Under the pieces are notes generated by a model. The model saw only the letters and a list, made by a program, of their open reading frames with translations, did no database searches and was not told the DNA's origin. A program made the position numbers and the translations under genes. A DNA stretch of 64,000 bases from a bacterium (GTDB taxonomy: Bacteria; UBA8248). The DNA lies in assembly GCA_965204535.1 (NCBI GenBank), contig CBDBEV010000001.1, forward strand, positions 928,001-992,000. The letters run 5' to 3'. Shown here one piece after another: positions 10,158 through 20,141 of the stretch (within the stretch, counting starts at the first letter, position 1; each line of letters opens with the position of its first letter).

Positions 10158-10593
10158 CTTCTCCGTGCTTTCTCGTGAGGCTCAGGACGGAAGTGTGCGA
10201 GGAGGTGAGCAGCAACTCCCCCGCCTCGTTCGTGACGGCGAGTTCGCTCACGATCCAGCCCTTCTCGCGCTTGACGTACAAATCCTTCACCGTGACCTTC
10301 TGGCGCACCGTCTCGCCGACCCGGACGGGCCTGTGGAAGCGGTAGCCGAGCTTGGCGTGGATGGTGCCGAAGCGCTTGTAGTTCTCATCGTAAATGGCGA
10401 GCAGGTCGTTGATGAAGATCATGGGTGGCGCGATGGCCCCGCCCGCGGGCGATTCGCCCGTATACCACTCCCGCTCTGCGCCCACGGCGTCGCAGTGCGC
10501 GTCCACCATCGCTTGCGTCACCGTGAGGCTGCGCTCGCCGATCGTCATGCCGACTTCCAGGTTCTCCCATACGAAATCGGGCTTTTCGCTCAT
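10150..10593 (-). CDS. MaoC-like hotdog protein
   Basis: IAPPM, IHAK..FHRPVRVGE; overlaps the downstream gene. Confidence 0.78.
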   Translation of the reverse strand: MSEKPDFVWENLEVGMTIGERSLTVTQAMVDAHCDAVGAEREWYTGESPAGGAIAPPMIFINDLLAIYDENYKRFGTIHAKLGYRFHRPVRVGETVRQKVTVKDLYVKREKGWIVSELAVTNEAGELLLTSSHTSVLSLTRKHGEDD

Positions 10594-10651
10594 TCGAGAT
10601 GCTCCATGCGCTAATCAGAGGGGTATGCCAAAGCATAAAATTTTTTAGCCG

Positions 10652-11395
10652 TTATGATTGGTCTTTAGCGGAAACGAAAAATACGAGTTTTTCCCAGTCT
10701 ATCGCATCTTCCTGATCGCAAAAGTTCTCGCTGAATTCATTTGATAATCGGTCGATAATGGCCTGATATTTGGTGGAGAAATCATCGTTGTGCTGTCTGG
10801 CTTCATGTCCCAATGGCTCAATGATTTGCTTGTAAAGATCGGGATCCTCCGAGATCAGAAGCCAGAATTCTTGTCCGCAATACTTGAAATAACCGCCTTT
10901 GTCAGGGTTGCTGTCCCGTCCATAACAGCATCCGTTCACCGCCACGACGTTTATGGAGGGATCGCCTTGACGCACCACACGGGCGGCATTTCTGAAATTT
11001 TCCTTCATCTTGGCGATCTGGGAAGAATTGCCCCAATTAGGGCCGGATTTTATAGATACGATGTAACGGGCTCCATCTTTTTCAAACTCCAGGTCGATTC
11101 CGGTAGTGCTTGATTTGCGGCCGCCGTGAACCTTTTTAGCTACATAGATCGCCAACCCTTCCAGGAAGTCTCCGAACAAGGTTTCCTCCTGGGAACTTAG
11201 GTAGGCGTCGAGTAGGGAGGCAATCAATTCGGAGGCCGTGTTGATGTTCTTGCTTCGGAACAGGTAGGGGTTTTTGCGTCTCAGTAACTCAGCCAGACGC
11301 AGTTTGTTTAATTTTTCCAGCCGTTTCTCGTGAAAACTTCCAATGTTGGTTTGAACGTAATCGGTGATCTGCTGGTTGGTAATGGGAGTTACCAT
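10652..11395 (-). CDS. type II restriction endonuclease, EcoO109I/PmeII-like PD-(D/E)xK
   Basis: RKNPYLF, ETLFGDFLE, GIDLEF..SIKSGPNWGNSSQ; directly downstream of a methyltransferase. Confidence 0.75.
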   Translation of the reverse strand: MVTPITNQQITDYVQTNIGSFHEKRLEKLNKLRLAELLRRKNPYLFRSKNINTASELIASLLDAYLSSQEETLFGDFLEGLAIYVAKKVHGGRKSSTTGIDLEFEKDGARYIVSIKSGPNWGNSSQIAKMKENFRNAARVVRQGDPSINVVAVNGCCYGRDSNPDKGGYFKYCGQEFWLLISEDPDLYKQIIEPLGHEARQHNDDFSTKYQAIIDRLSNEFSENFCDQEDAIDWEKLVFFVSAKDQS

Positions 11396-11399
11396 ATAT

Positions 11400-12323
11400 T
11401 TACCAGCTTAATTCTTGCTCTAGTCTCTGTTTCAAGCTCTGGTAATAAGGCTCGTGTATTTCAATGCCTATTACGTGGCGGCTTTTATTCAGAGCGGCGA
11501 ATGCCGTGGTGCCGGAGCCTATGAAAGGGTCGAGAACGACATCGCCCGGATCGGTAAAGAGGTCGATGAACCATTCCGGCAACCAGTATGGAAATACGGC
11601 GCTGTGTTCTCGATTGCCGCACTCCGTGGCGCGATGCAAAACATTGGTGGGGTAAACCATATCGCGTCCCAGCCAGTTTTCTACTTTTTTCCCGAATCCA
11701 CTTCCGACTTTGGATTCATCGCGAGTGCGGTCGGTCGCGCTGAGGTTGCTCATTCGGCTTTCGTACCATTCACCGACGGGAACCATCACATTGGATTGAT
11801 TCATCTTGAATTTGCGTTGTTTGTTGAATTGCAAAAGGCGTTCCCATGCGTCGCGGAAACGATTGGGCCATTTGCCTGGGTAGCAGTTCTTCTTGTGCCA
11901 GACGAATTCCTCTGTCCAGAGCCAATCCTGTTTCCGCATTTCCAGTATCAGTTCGAGCACGTGGGTATGCCGTTCGCCTTTTACCGCAGGCTCCTTGATG
12001 TTCAGGATAAAGGTTCCGGTTTTTTTAAGCACCCGCCGCATCTCGGCGGCGATGGGCAGGAACCACTCCACGTAATCATCAGGTTTGACGCCCCCATAAG
12101 TGGTTGCTCGCTGATTCGCATAGGGCGGTGACGTGATGATGAGGTCCACGCATTCAGCCGGCATTTCACCCATTACATCAAGGCAATCTCCGCAGTAGAG
12201 CGCATTGCGCGACACGCGCTCGCTAATCGGCAGGGTTGCGGCTTGTGTGTCTTGGGTTTCCAAAAGTTGTCGGTCCTGGACGATGTCTTTCTCGTGGATA
12301 GTACCGGGCGTCCTTTGAGTCAT
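11400..12323 (-). CDS. site-specific DNA amino-methyltransferase (beta class, SPPY)
   Basis: ITSPPY precedes VLDPFIGSGTT; AGGAG before ATG 12323 (alternative GTG 12362). Confidence 0.9.
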   Translation of the reverse strand: MTQRTPGTIHEKDIVQDRQLLETQDTQAATLPISERVSRNALYCGDCLDVMGEMPAECVDLIITSPPYANQRATTYGGVKPDDYVEWFLPIAAEMRRVLKKTGTFILNIKEPAVKGERHTHVLELILEMRKQDWLWTEEFVWHKKNCYPGKWPNRFRDAWERLLQFNKQRKFKMNQSNVMVPVGEWYESRMSNLSATDRTRDESKVGSGFGKKVENWLGRDMVYPTNVLHRATECGNREHSAVFPYWLPEWFIDLFTDPGDVVLDPFIGSGTTAFAALNKSRHVIGIEIHEPYYQSLKQRLEQELSW

Positions 12324-12390
12324 TTCACTTGCTCCTGTTTCGTAGGCAGTTTCTCTGATCACCGAGAAGTTGTCAAGATAACAGGAGTAT

Positions 12391-12417
12391 TTTCGTATTA
12401 TATTCGTATTTTGTCAA
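12391..12417 (-). promoter_or_regulatory. sigma70-like -35 with overlapping direct-repeat operator
   Basis: Minus strand TTGACA (12417-12412) followed by GAAT-ATAATAC-GAAA. Confidence 0.45.
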
Positions 12418-12459
12418 CCCACTCCATTAGCCCGGATGCGCTTGTTTCGCCCATTTGGT

Positions 12460-13125
12460 TCAATCGCCTCTCATTTTCGGCCCCGGGAAACGCTCGGGCC
12501 ATCCATCCACCACCTCCGCGAGATAGGCTTTCAGGTTCTCGGGGTCCTGCCTGCGCCCGATGGTGATGCCGGATATCGTTTTCGGCTCATCCAGCGGGAT
12601 GCGCAGGGCGTCCTGGAAGCGGTTTCTCATGTTGAAATAGGTGATGACCATCGTGAGTTCGACGAATTCGCGGTCGTCGTAGTGCCGCCGCACTTCGCAG
12701 AACACGTCGTCGCGCGTCTTGGCGGTGTTCAGCGTCACGTGTTCCGCCCACAGGACGGCGGCCTTCTCACGCGCGCTCATCGTTTCGGAGTCCATATAGG
12801 CGTCCGAGCAGATTTCGCGCACCTGCGCTTCCGTCACCCCGGCGTCTCGACCGAGCGCCGTGTTGTGCCCGAGTCAGTAGTCACACCCGTTCAGGTGGCT
12901 CGTCTTGATGACGGCGATCTCCTTGATCCTGGTGGGCAGCACCGTGCCCAGCCCCTCGCGCATGAGGGTGACGGTGAGCGGGAGGATGACCTTGGCGACG
13001 TGGGGCTGATAGGCCATGACGGCGAAGGAATTCGCCACGCGCCCGAGCATTTTCGTCACGCCCTCGAATAGTTTCGCGGCCTCGCCTTCGGCCTCCTCGA
13101 CCCGGATGGGTTTCATGTAATTCAT
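12460..13125 (-). CDS. AhpD/carboxymuconolactone decarboxylase-family selenoprotein (CxxU)
   Basis: ORFs 12874..13125 and 12460..12837 are in frame across TGA 12876-12874 (HLNGCDY-U-LGHNTALG); SECIS-like hairpin at 12860-12840. Confidence 0.85.
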
Positions 13126-13137
13126 TCTTCCGCCCCC

Positions 13138-13875
13138 TTACTCTACGGGCGGCCAGATGCGCTTGCCGCGCGTGGGCGAACCGGGCGCATGGAGCAGGCG
13201 CTGGCATACGTGGTACGACCAGTCGTTCTCGCCGGGGAAGAGCTTGTCCGCGCGCGGGAAGTGCTCGAGAACCATCTCCAGCGAGGCGAACTCATAGAAA
13301 ATGCTGTGCTTCGCCCATCCCGCCACGGAGACGAGCTTGCGCGTGCCCACGCAGCCGCGCATGTATTTCATCGCGGGCAGGCGGTCCTGCGCGTACCAGG
13401 AACTCAGCTCGAAATCATCCTCGGGTGTGAAGCAGTTGAACGTGCCCATCTGGACGATTGGCGCGGGCACGCCGCCGAGAGCGCGGGTGGCGGCGGCGGG
13501 GCCGTTCACCCTGTCGACTTCCGTGAAGATGCCCGTGCGCTCGCCGATCCGCTTGGCGATCATCGCCTTCGTCTCATCGGAATAGGTCTCCGCAAGCTGC
13601 GCGGGGTTGGGGCTTAAGAAAACTTCCGCGCTCGTGCCCCCGAAGAGCAGCAGAAACTCCGTGCCGCTCGGGATCGAGGGGTCGTCCGTGTAGGCTAAGT
13701 GGTCCTTTTTCTTCGATTTGGGCGATTCCCTGTCCACGAGTTCATAGTGGGCCGCCCACATGTAGCCGGGACGCTTGAGCGCGTCCTTGATGTGGGTGTG
13801 GTGGAGCCAGTCGTTGTATTCGGCCTCGTCTTCTTTCGGCAGATCGTACCAGGTCGCCCAGATGCTTCTGTCCAT
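13138..13875 (-). CDS. hypothetical protein, possibly duplicated EthD/DUF4286-like barrel
   Basis: EYNDWLHHTHI..PG and SSWYAQDRLP..GC repeated pattern; start MDRSIW. Confidence 0.65.
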   Translation of the reverse strand: MDRSIWATWYDLPKEDEAEYNDWLHHTHIKDALKRPGYMWAAHYELVDRESPKSKKKDHLAYTDDPSIPSGTEFLLLFGGTSAEVFLSPNPAQLAETYSDETKAMIAKRIGERTGIFTEVDRVNGPAAATRALGGVPAPIVQMGTFNCFTPEDDFELSSWYAQDRLPAMKYMRGCVGTRKLVSVAGWAKHSIFYEFASLEMVLEHFPRADKLFPGENDWSYHVCQRLLHAPGSPTRGKRIWPPVE

Positions 13876-13904
13876 GCGGTGTCCCCTATGACTATCTCGA
13901 AAAA

Positions 13905-14294
13905 TCAGCCTGAAAGTCCGCGCTCCTCCAAAACGGCGCGCAGGCACTTGACCCCCATCATGAGCGAGGGACCGCCTGCCGGAAAGATCAGGCATTGCAC
14001 GGCCTCGAATATCTCGTCCTCGGTGGCGCCCAGGTCCAGCGCGCGGCGGATGTGGTTTTTGACGTAGGTCTCCACCTCGGTGCCGGGGAGGCGCACGCAA
14101 AGGGCGGTGATGATGATGAGCTCGCGCATTTTTTCAGAGAGCGCCCCCTCGCGCTTGATGACGTGGTTATAGAGCGCGCTTTGGCGCACGTGGTATTCGG
14201 GGTCTTTGTTGATGTAGAACTCCTGCTCGGGCAGCACCCAGCCGCGGTCAGCGACGGTCTTCCCGATCAGGGCCTTCTTCTCGGCGTCGTCCAT
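13905..14294 (-). CDS. carboxymuconolactone decarboxylase-family protein
   Basis: GALSEKMRELII, HIRRALDLGATEDEI, AGGP. Confidence 0.85.
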   Translation of the reverse strand: MDDAEKKALIGKTVADRGWVLPEQEFYINKDPEYHVRQSALYNHVIKREGALSEKMRELIIITALCVRLPGTEVETYVKNHIRRALDLGATEDEIFEAVQCLIFPAGGPSLMMGVKCLRAVLEERGLSG

Positions 14295-14452
14295 CTTCGG
14301 TCTCCATATTGGTGATCCGGGAGCGGGCCGTGGGTTGCCCGGCGCGCGAACCGGCCCCTTCCGGGGGCGGGCCGCATTCCCGCACGAGACGTAGTCCGGG
14401 CGTTCCTGTGAGAAATAGTATGAAACCCGAACGGATTCGGGGTGGTTTGTAG

Positions 14453-14525
<73 letters not shown>

Positions 14526-14709
14526 AAGAGAAAAGAGATTTACGACGCGTCGGCTCGTAAGTCAAGCCGTGGAGCCAAAACGCGGGCGGCTGCGAATCTT
14601 GCGTTTCGGGTGGCCCGGCCTTCTTTCGGCTTGACGAAGGCGGGGGCGGTGTGTTCAATACCACCCTCATGGGGAACGCGAGCCTCACCGGGGTTGCATA
14701 CTCCTTCTT

Positions 14710-14786
14710 GCCGACGTAGCTCAGACAGGTAGAGCAGCTGATTCGTAATCAGCAGGTCACCGGTTCAAGTCCGGTCGTCGGCTCCA
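14710..14786 (+). tRNA. tRNA-Thr(CGU)
   Basis: GCCGACGTAGCTCAG..CTGATTCGTAATCAG..GGTTCAAGTCC..TCGGCTCCA cloverleaf. Confidence 0.95.
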
Positions 14787-14824
14787 GCAGAATTCAATTC
14801 CGGTTCATCCATCCGAGGTGTTGC

Positions 14825-15724
14825 ATGGCGAAACGAAAGGGCGTGGGCGTCATCGGCCTGGGCCGCATGGGGAATCCCGTGGCGCAAAGGTTTATCGGGG
14901 CGAAGATGCCCCTGATGGTCTGGGACGTCGCAGAAGATAGGCGGAAGCCCTTTGAGGGAACCGAGGACGTCGCCATCGCCACGCCGCGCGAGATAGGCGA
15001 GGCCTGCGCGGTCGTCTTCTTCGTCGTGCCTTCATCGGACGAGATAGCCGCGTGTTTCCGGGGTAAGGACGGCCTGCTCAAAAACCCGAGAAAAGGCCTC
15101 GTCGTCTACGACCTCACGACGTCCGACCCGGCGAAGACCAAGCGCCTCGCGAAGCGCGCCGAGCGTGCGGGGCTGGGCTATCTCGACGCCGGCATGAGCG
15201 GCGGACCCGGCAACATCCTGGAGGGCAGGCTCACGCTCATGATCGGAGGGGACGAGAAACTCTTAAGGCGCACGAGGCGATACCTCGAACCCTTCGTCGA
15301 CCACGTCTTCCACCTGGGCGCGCTGGGTTCGGGCCACACCATGAAGCTCATCCACAACATGGTGCTCCACACGATGTTCCTGGCGACGTGCGAGGGCGCG
15401 CGCCTCGTCGAGCGCCTCGGGATGCGGGTCGAGGACATGATCGACATCTTCAACGCGTCGACGGCCTACAGCTACGCGAGCCGCCACCGCTTTCCGAACA
15501 ACATCCTCTCGGGCACGTGGAACGGGCAGGCCCGCATCTACAACCTGCAAAAAGACGTCGGCCTCGCCGTCGGCATCGGGCGAAAGCGCGGTGCTGACAT
15601 CCAGTTGGCCGAGGGTACGCTCTCGTTCTTGAGAAAGGCCGTCGAGCGGGGGATGATCGAGGAGGACCTGACGCTCCTCTACCGCGATTTCGACGAGATC
15701 CAGAAGATGAACGCGCCGGAATAG
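14825..15724 (+). CDS. 3-hydroxyisobutyrate dehydrogenase-family NAD(P) oxidoreductase
   Basis: IGLGRMG, LDAGMSGG, GSGHTMKLIHN. Confidence 0.88.
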   Translation: MAKRKGVGVIGLGRMGNPVAQRFIGAKMPLMVWDVAEDRRKPFEGTEDVAIATPREIGEACAVVFFVVPSSDEIAACFRGKDGLLKNPRKGLVVYDLTTSDPAKTKRLAKRAERAGLGYLDAGMSGGPGNILEGRLTLMIGGDEKLLRRTRRYLEPFVDHVFHLGALGSGHTMKLIHNMVLHTMFLATCEGARLVERLGMRVEDMIDIFNASTAYSYASRHRFPNNILSGTWNGQARIYNLQKDVGLAVGIGRKRGADIQLAEGTLSFLRKAVERGMIEEDLTLLYRDFDEIQKMNAPE

Positions 15725-15970
15725 GCTAAGGGCGGGCCGCTCCCGCTCAGGATGCGGTTTGACGCGGACGATCCCTGAAAGTAGAATACGCGCGCTTGTG
15801 AATCAGGGCGGAAATACGATTTTACTCAACACGGAAAACCCATCCGCATCGTCTCTTATCGCCGTTCACGCGATCCGGCGGTTTTGGATAATTTTTCGGG
15901 GCCGCGGCCTCGGGGTTTGATATGTACCACCTGAATCGGAACATTCCATTCCCATCAAGGAGAAAACGAA

Positions 15971-16558
<588 letters not shown>

Positions 16559-16570
16559 GAGGGTTGTCTC

Positions 16571-17035
16571 ATGGCTTTGAGCGTAGGTGATGCGGCTCCC
16601 GATTTCGAGCTGCCGAGAACCCTCGCCGAGGGAGACACGATAAAGCTGAGCGATTACCGGGGCAAGAAGAACGTGCTTCTTTGCTTCTACCCGTTCGATT
16701 TCTCCTCCGTGTGCAGCGAGCAGTTGCCTGCCTATCAGCAGGAGAAGGCCAGGTTCGACAATGCCGACTGCGAGGTCATCGGCATCAGCGTGGACAGCCC
16801 GTTCGCGCACGCCGCCTGGGCCGAGAAATACGGCATCGAGTTCCCACTGCTGAGCGATTTCTTCGGCAAGGGAACGTGCGCGGCCTATGGACTCTTGAAC
16901 GACAAGGGCTTCAGCAACCGCGCGGTGATTCTCGTCAACAAGGACGGGAACGTCGCCTACATGGAGGTGACGGCGGCGGCGCCCGAGAAGCCCGACGACG
17001 AGAAGCTCTTCGCGGCAATCGAGGGTCTGGGCTAG
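16571..17035 (+). CDS. peroxiredoxin (AhpE/AhpC-TSA type)
   Basis: [32 protein letters not shown]. Confidence 0.9.
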   Translation: MALSVGDAAPDFELPRTLAEGDTIKLSDYRGKKNVLLCFYPFDFSSVCSEQLPAYQQEKARFDNADCEVIGISVDSPFAHAAWAEKYGIEFPLLSDFFGKGTCAAYGLLNDKGFSNRAVILVNKDGNVAYMEVTAAAPEKPDDEKLFAAIEGLG

Positions 17036-17060
17036 GCCGGTCTTTGTACCTGATGTTCCT

Positions 17061-17096
17061 GGGCGCGGGGTGAACATGCCCCGCGCCCGTTTTTTT
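17061..17096 (+). terminator. intrinsic terminator
   Basis: GGGCGCGGGG-loop-CCCCGCGCCC followed by a T run. Confidence 0.8.
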
Positions 17097-17141
17097 GCGT
17101 TTCTCATTCTTCCGGCGCTCGTCTGAGGGAGGAGGGAAGGG

Positions 17142-18029
17142 ATGAACGGGTTGTCCGCCGTCATCGATGGCATCGTCTCCGATGGCGTGAGCGTATCCAT
17201 CGAGCTCTATCCGCCCAAGGGGCGCAAGGCGGTGGAGCGCACCCTGCGCGATGTGGAGGCGATTCACGACGCGATGGACGTCGCCTTCACCTCGGTGACC
17301 TACGGGGCGGGCGGCTCCACGCAGGAGGGCACGCTCGAGTTGGTGCTGGAGCTGGCGAGGCGCTATCCGCGTCGCGTCGTGGCGCACCTCACCTGCGTGG
17401 GCGCGAACGAAGCGGAACTCTCACGCCTGTTGGACGTTTATGGGGACAACCGGGTGTGCGACTTCCTGGCGCTTCGCGGCGACATCCCGGAAGGCATGAC
17501 GCGCGAGGAGGCCGTGGCCGGCGGGTTCCGCTACGCCGCCGACCTCGTGCGGTGGCTCTGTAACTTCGACTGGCTCCACTCCATCGGCGTGGCCTGCTAC
17601 CCCGAGGGCCACCCCGAAACGCCCGACAAGAGTGCGGATATGGATCACTTCGTCCGCAAGGTCGACGAAGGGGCCGACTACGCGATTTCGCAGTTCTTCT
17701 TCGAGGCGCACGTCTGGGAGCGGTTCAGGGAGCAGACGGCGATTCGGGGCGTCCCGGTTCCCGTGTCGCCGGGCATCCTGCCCGTGCGCGACCTGGGCCA
17801 GGTCCAGCGTTTCGCGGAAAAATGCGGGGCGAGCGTGCCCAAAAGCGTCGTTGATGCGTTAGCGCCCTACGAGAATGACCCCGAGGCCTTTCAGGAAAGC
17901 TCGGCCGATCTGGCGGCGTTCCAGATTTGGGAGTTGATGGAACTGGGCGTCAACCATTTTCACGTCTACGCCCTCAACCGTTCGGACATCATCCTGCGCA
18001 TCGCGGACAGGATGGGCTGGCGCAGGTAG
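17142..18029 (+). CDS. metF: 5,10-methylenetetrahydrofolate reductase
   Basis: SIELYPPK, SVTYGAGG, AHLTC, LALRGD, YPEGHPE, ISQFFF, HVYALNR. Confidence 0.92.
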   Translation: MNGLSAVIDGIVSDGVSVSIELYPPKGRKAVERTLRDVEAIHDAMDVAFTSVTYGAGGSTQEGTLELVLELARRYPRRVVAHLTCVGANEAELSRLLDVYGDNRVCDFLALRGDIPEGMTREEAVAGGFRYAADLVRWLCNFDWLHSIGVACYPEGHPETPDKSADMDHFVRKVDEGADYAISQFFFEAHVWERFREQTAIRGVPVPVSPGILPVRDLGQVQRFAEKCGASVPKSVVDALAPYENDPEAFQESSADLAAFQIWELMELGVNHFHVYALNRSDIILRIADRMGWRR

Positions 18030-18246
18030 GTTTTCTGCGGCGCACGGTTCATCCGGGCTTGTTTTAGCGAAAAATCATGGAACCGCCACCTGTTTGTAAC
18101 ACCTCTCCTCAGGATTTTCTCTATATTCCATCCTGTGACGGGCCGCGAGCGGAAACTCGGGCTTCGGTATGGATGTTTTTCCAGTTGTTGGCAGGCGTCT
18201 CCTCTCGTATCGGGAGATGCCAATCTTTTCCTGCAATCCATAGGAG

Positions 18247-19260
18247 ATGGATGGGATGGGTCCGATGAGAAATTCCGCTTCGTTCTTGCGCAGATGTTCG
18301 GGCGCGCTGTTCGGCGCGATGGCGCTATTCGTGCTGACGGCGGGCGCAGCCTCGGCGGATAAGCCCTTCACCTTCGTGGCCCTGGGCGACATGCCTTACG
18401 GGAAGCCCGCGAAGGTCTACCCGCCGTTCAAGGCGCTGATCGGCCAAATCAACGCTCTCAAGCCTATTTTCACGATCCACGTCGGAGACACCAAATCGGG
18501 CTCCACGCCCTGTTCGGACAAGATGCTCCTCGAACAACTCGATTTCATGAATTCTTTCGACGCCCCGCTCGTCTACACGCCCGGCGACAACGAATGGACG
18601 GATTGCCACCGCAAGAAGGCCGGCCGTTTCGATCCCATCGAGAGGCTCGCCTTCTTGCGGAAGCACTACTTCTCACGCGGCCCGCAATCACTCGGCAAGG
18701 CTCCCATGAAGCTCGAACGCCAGTCGGACCTGATGAAGGAATTCGCCGGTTATCCCGAGAATGCGCGCTTCGTGAAAGAGGGTGTTCATTTCATCACGGC
18801 GCACGTCGTCGGTTCGAACAACAACTTCGAAGTGCGCGACCCGCGCGCCGCCCGGGAGTTCTTTGCCCGCGACAAGGCGAACGTCGCCTGGCTGAAAGCG
18901 GGCTTCGATAGGGCCATCGCCATGAAGGCAAAGGCGCTCGTGCTCGCGATCCACGCCGACATGTTCAAGCCGGGATTCTTCAGAGCGAAAAAAGAGGCGT
19001 TCTCGGGCGCATCGGGCTTCAAGCGGTTCGGCGATGCGCTGATTAAAAAGGCCGCCGCGTTCAAAAAGCCGGTATTGCTGATCTACGGCGACACGCACGT
19101 CTATGACATCATGCGCCCGTTCCGGAAAAAAGCGCCGAACGTCGTCGCCCTCCAGGTCTTCGGTGCAAAACACATGCACGCCGTCAAGGTAATGGTGGAC
19201 ACCACTACGTCGGGGGTCTTCGCGATTCTCCCGGTCATGAACAAGGTGCTGGGGAATTAA
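18247..19260 (+). CDS. exported calcineurin-like metallophosphoesterase
   Basis: Signal-peptide-like N-terminus; GDMPY, HVGD, PGDNEWTDC, GDTH. True start may be 18256 or 18265. Confidence 0.8.
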   Translation: MDGMGPMRNSASFLRRCSGALFGAMALFVLTAGAASADKPFTFVALGDMPYGKPAKVYPPFKALIGQINALKPIFTIHVGDTKSGSTPCSDKMLLEQLDFMNSFDAPLVYTPGDNEWTDCHRKKAGRFDPIERLAFLRKHYFSRGPQSLGKAPMKLERQSDLMKEFAGYPENARFVKEGVHFITAHVVGSNNNFEVRDPRAAREFFARDKANVAWLKAGFDRAIAMKAKALVLAIHADMFKPGFFRAKKEAFSGASGFKRFGDALIKKAAAFKKPVLLIYGDTHVYDIMRPFRKKAPNVVALQVFGAKHMHAVKVMVDTTTSGVFAILPVMNKVLGN

Positions 19261-19423
19261 GACTGTTCGGTTTTTCTGGGATTAGGGTACGCTCTTTATC
19301 ATTGGTAGCGATCTAAAAGGACGGGGAGGTTTTTGCCTCCCCTGTCACGCAACCCGGACTTGAATGGATAAAGCATTTGACATCGATCAGGAAGTCATAG
19401 GTTAAGATTTCCTTATACGTTGT

Positions 19424-19975
19424 TTACTCCCACTCCTTGTTTTCTCTCAAAGCCTCTACTTGCGCCTCCAGACTCACCATGCGGCCGTCGAGAAGTTCGA
19501 ATCCCTCACCCATCTCTGATTCGAGTTTATCGAGCCTTTGGTCTACTTCTTTTCTGAAAGCGGTGATTTCGTTCCTGACTCCCGTAATGGCTTTGGTTGT
19601 TTTCTCGTCCAGGTTGGCGATAGCGGTGGTTGTCTTTTCGTCGAGTTTCGTGATGGCGTCAGTTGTTTTTTTGTCCAGCCTAGCGATAGCGGTGGTTGTC
19701 TTTTCATCGAGTTTCGAGATGGCGGCGGTTGTTTTTTTGTCCAGATTGGCGATAGCGGTGGTCGTTTTTTCGTCAAGTTTCGAGATTGCGGCAGTTGTTT
19801 TTTTGTCCAGCCTAGCGATGGCGGTGGTTGTTTTTTCGTCGAGTTTCGTGATGGCGGCAATCGTTTTTTCGTCCAGCTTGGCGATGGCGGCGGCTGTTTT
19901 TTCATCGAGTTTCGAGATGGCAGCTGTCGTTTTCTTGTCCAGATTGGCGATGGCGGTGAGGATTTCTTGAGTCAT
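19424..19975 (-). CDS. coiled-coil protein with 11-aa tandem repeats
   Basis: About 11 copies of TTxAIxKLD(E/K)K; GGAG before ATG 19975. Confidence 0.75.
   Translation of the reverse strand: MTQEILTAIANLDKKTTAAISKLDEKTAAAIAKLDEKTIAAITKLDEKTTTAIARLDKKTTAAISKLDEKTTTAIANLDKKTTAAISKLDEKTTTAIARLDKKTTDAITKLDEKTTTAIANLDEKTTKAITGVRNEITAFRKEVDQRLDKLESEMGEGFELLDGRMVSLEAQVEALRENKEWE
19600..19962. repeat. 33-nt coding tandem repeat
   Basis: Degenerate 33-bp unit repeated about 11 times; ends are approximate. Confidence 0.85.
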
Positions 19976-19986
19976 GGTTACACTCC

Positions 19987-20052
19987 GTTCGCGCAACGTT
20001 CGCATTACATTCGTATAGCAACAACAATAAACTGAAATACCTGACGTGTCAA
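19987..20052 (-). promoter_or_regulatory. sigma70-like promoter plus GTTC-N7-GTTC-N7-ATTC operator
   Basis: Minus strand TTGACA-17 nt-TATTGT; GTTC at 19987 and 19998, ATTC at 20009. Confidence 0.55.
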
Positions 20053-20141
20053 CCATTTTGTCTGTACGTTCAAAAAATTTTGCTCGCGTTGATGATGGGG
20101 TTGCGAGAAGAGGCTTGGTGGAGTGGTAGCGTCCGTGTTTG

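Noticed and set aside
14315-14410. GC-rich hairpins between tRNA-Lys and the CMD gene as a riboswitch
   Set aside because: No recognisable aptamer consensus; the pairing is explicable by GC content.
19600-19962. CRISPR array
   Set aside because: The 33-nt units are contiguous, degenerate and in frame with no spacers; this is a coding repeat.
19437-20035. Plus-strand hydrophobic repeat ORFs
   Set aside because: Antisense shadows of the repeat; the promoter and RBS support the minus-strand gene.
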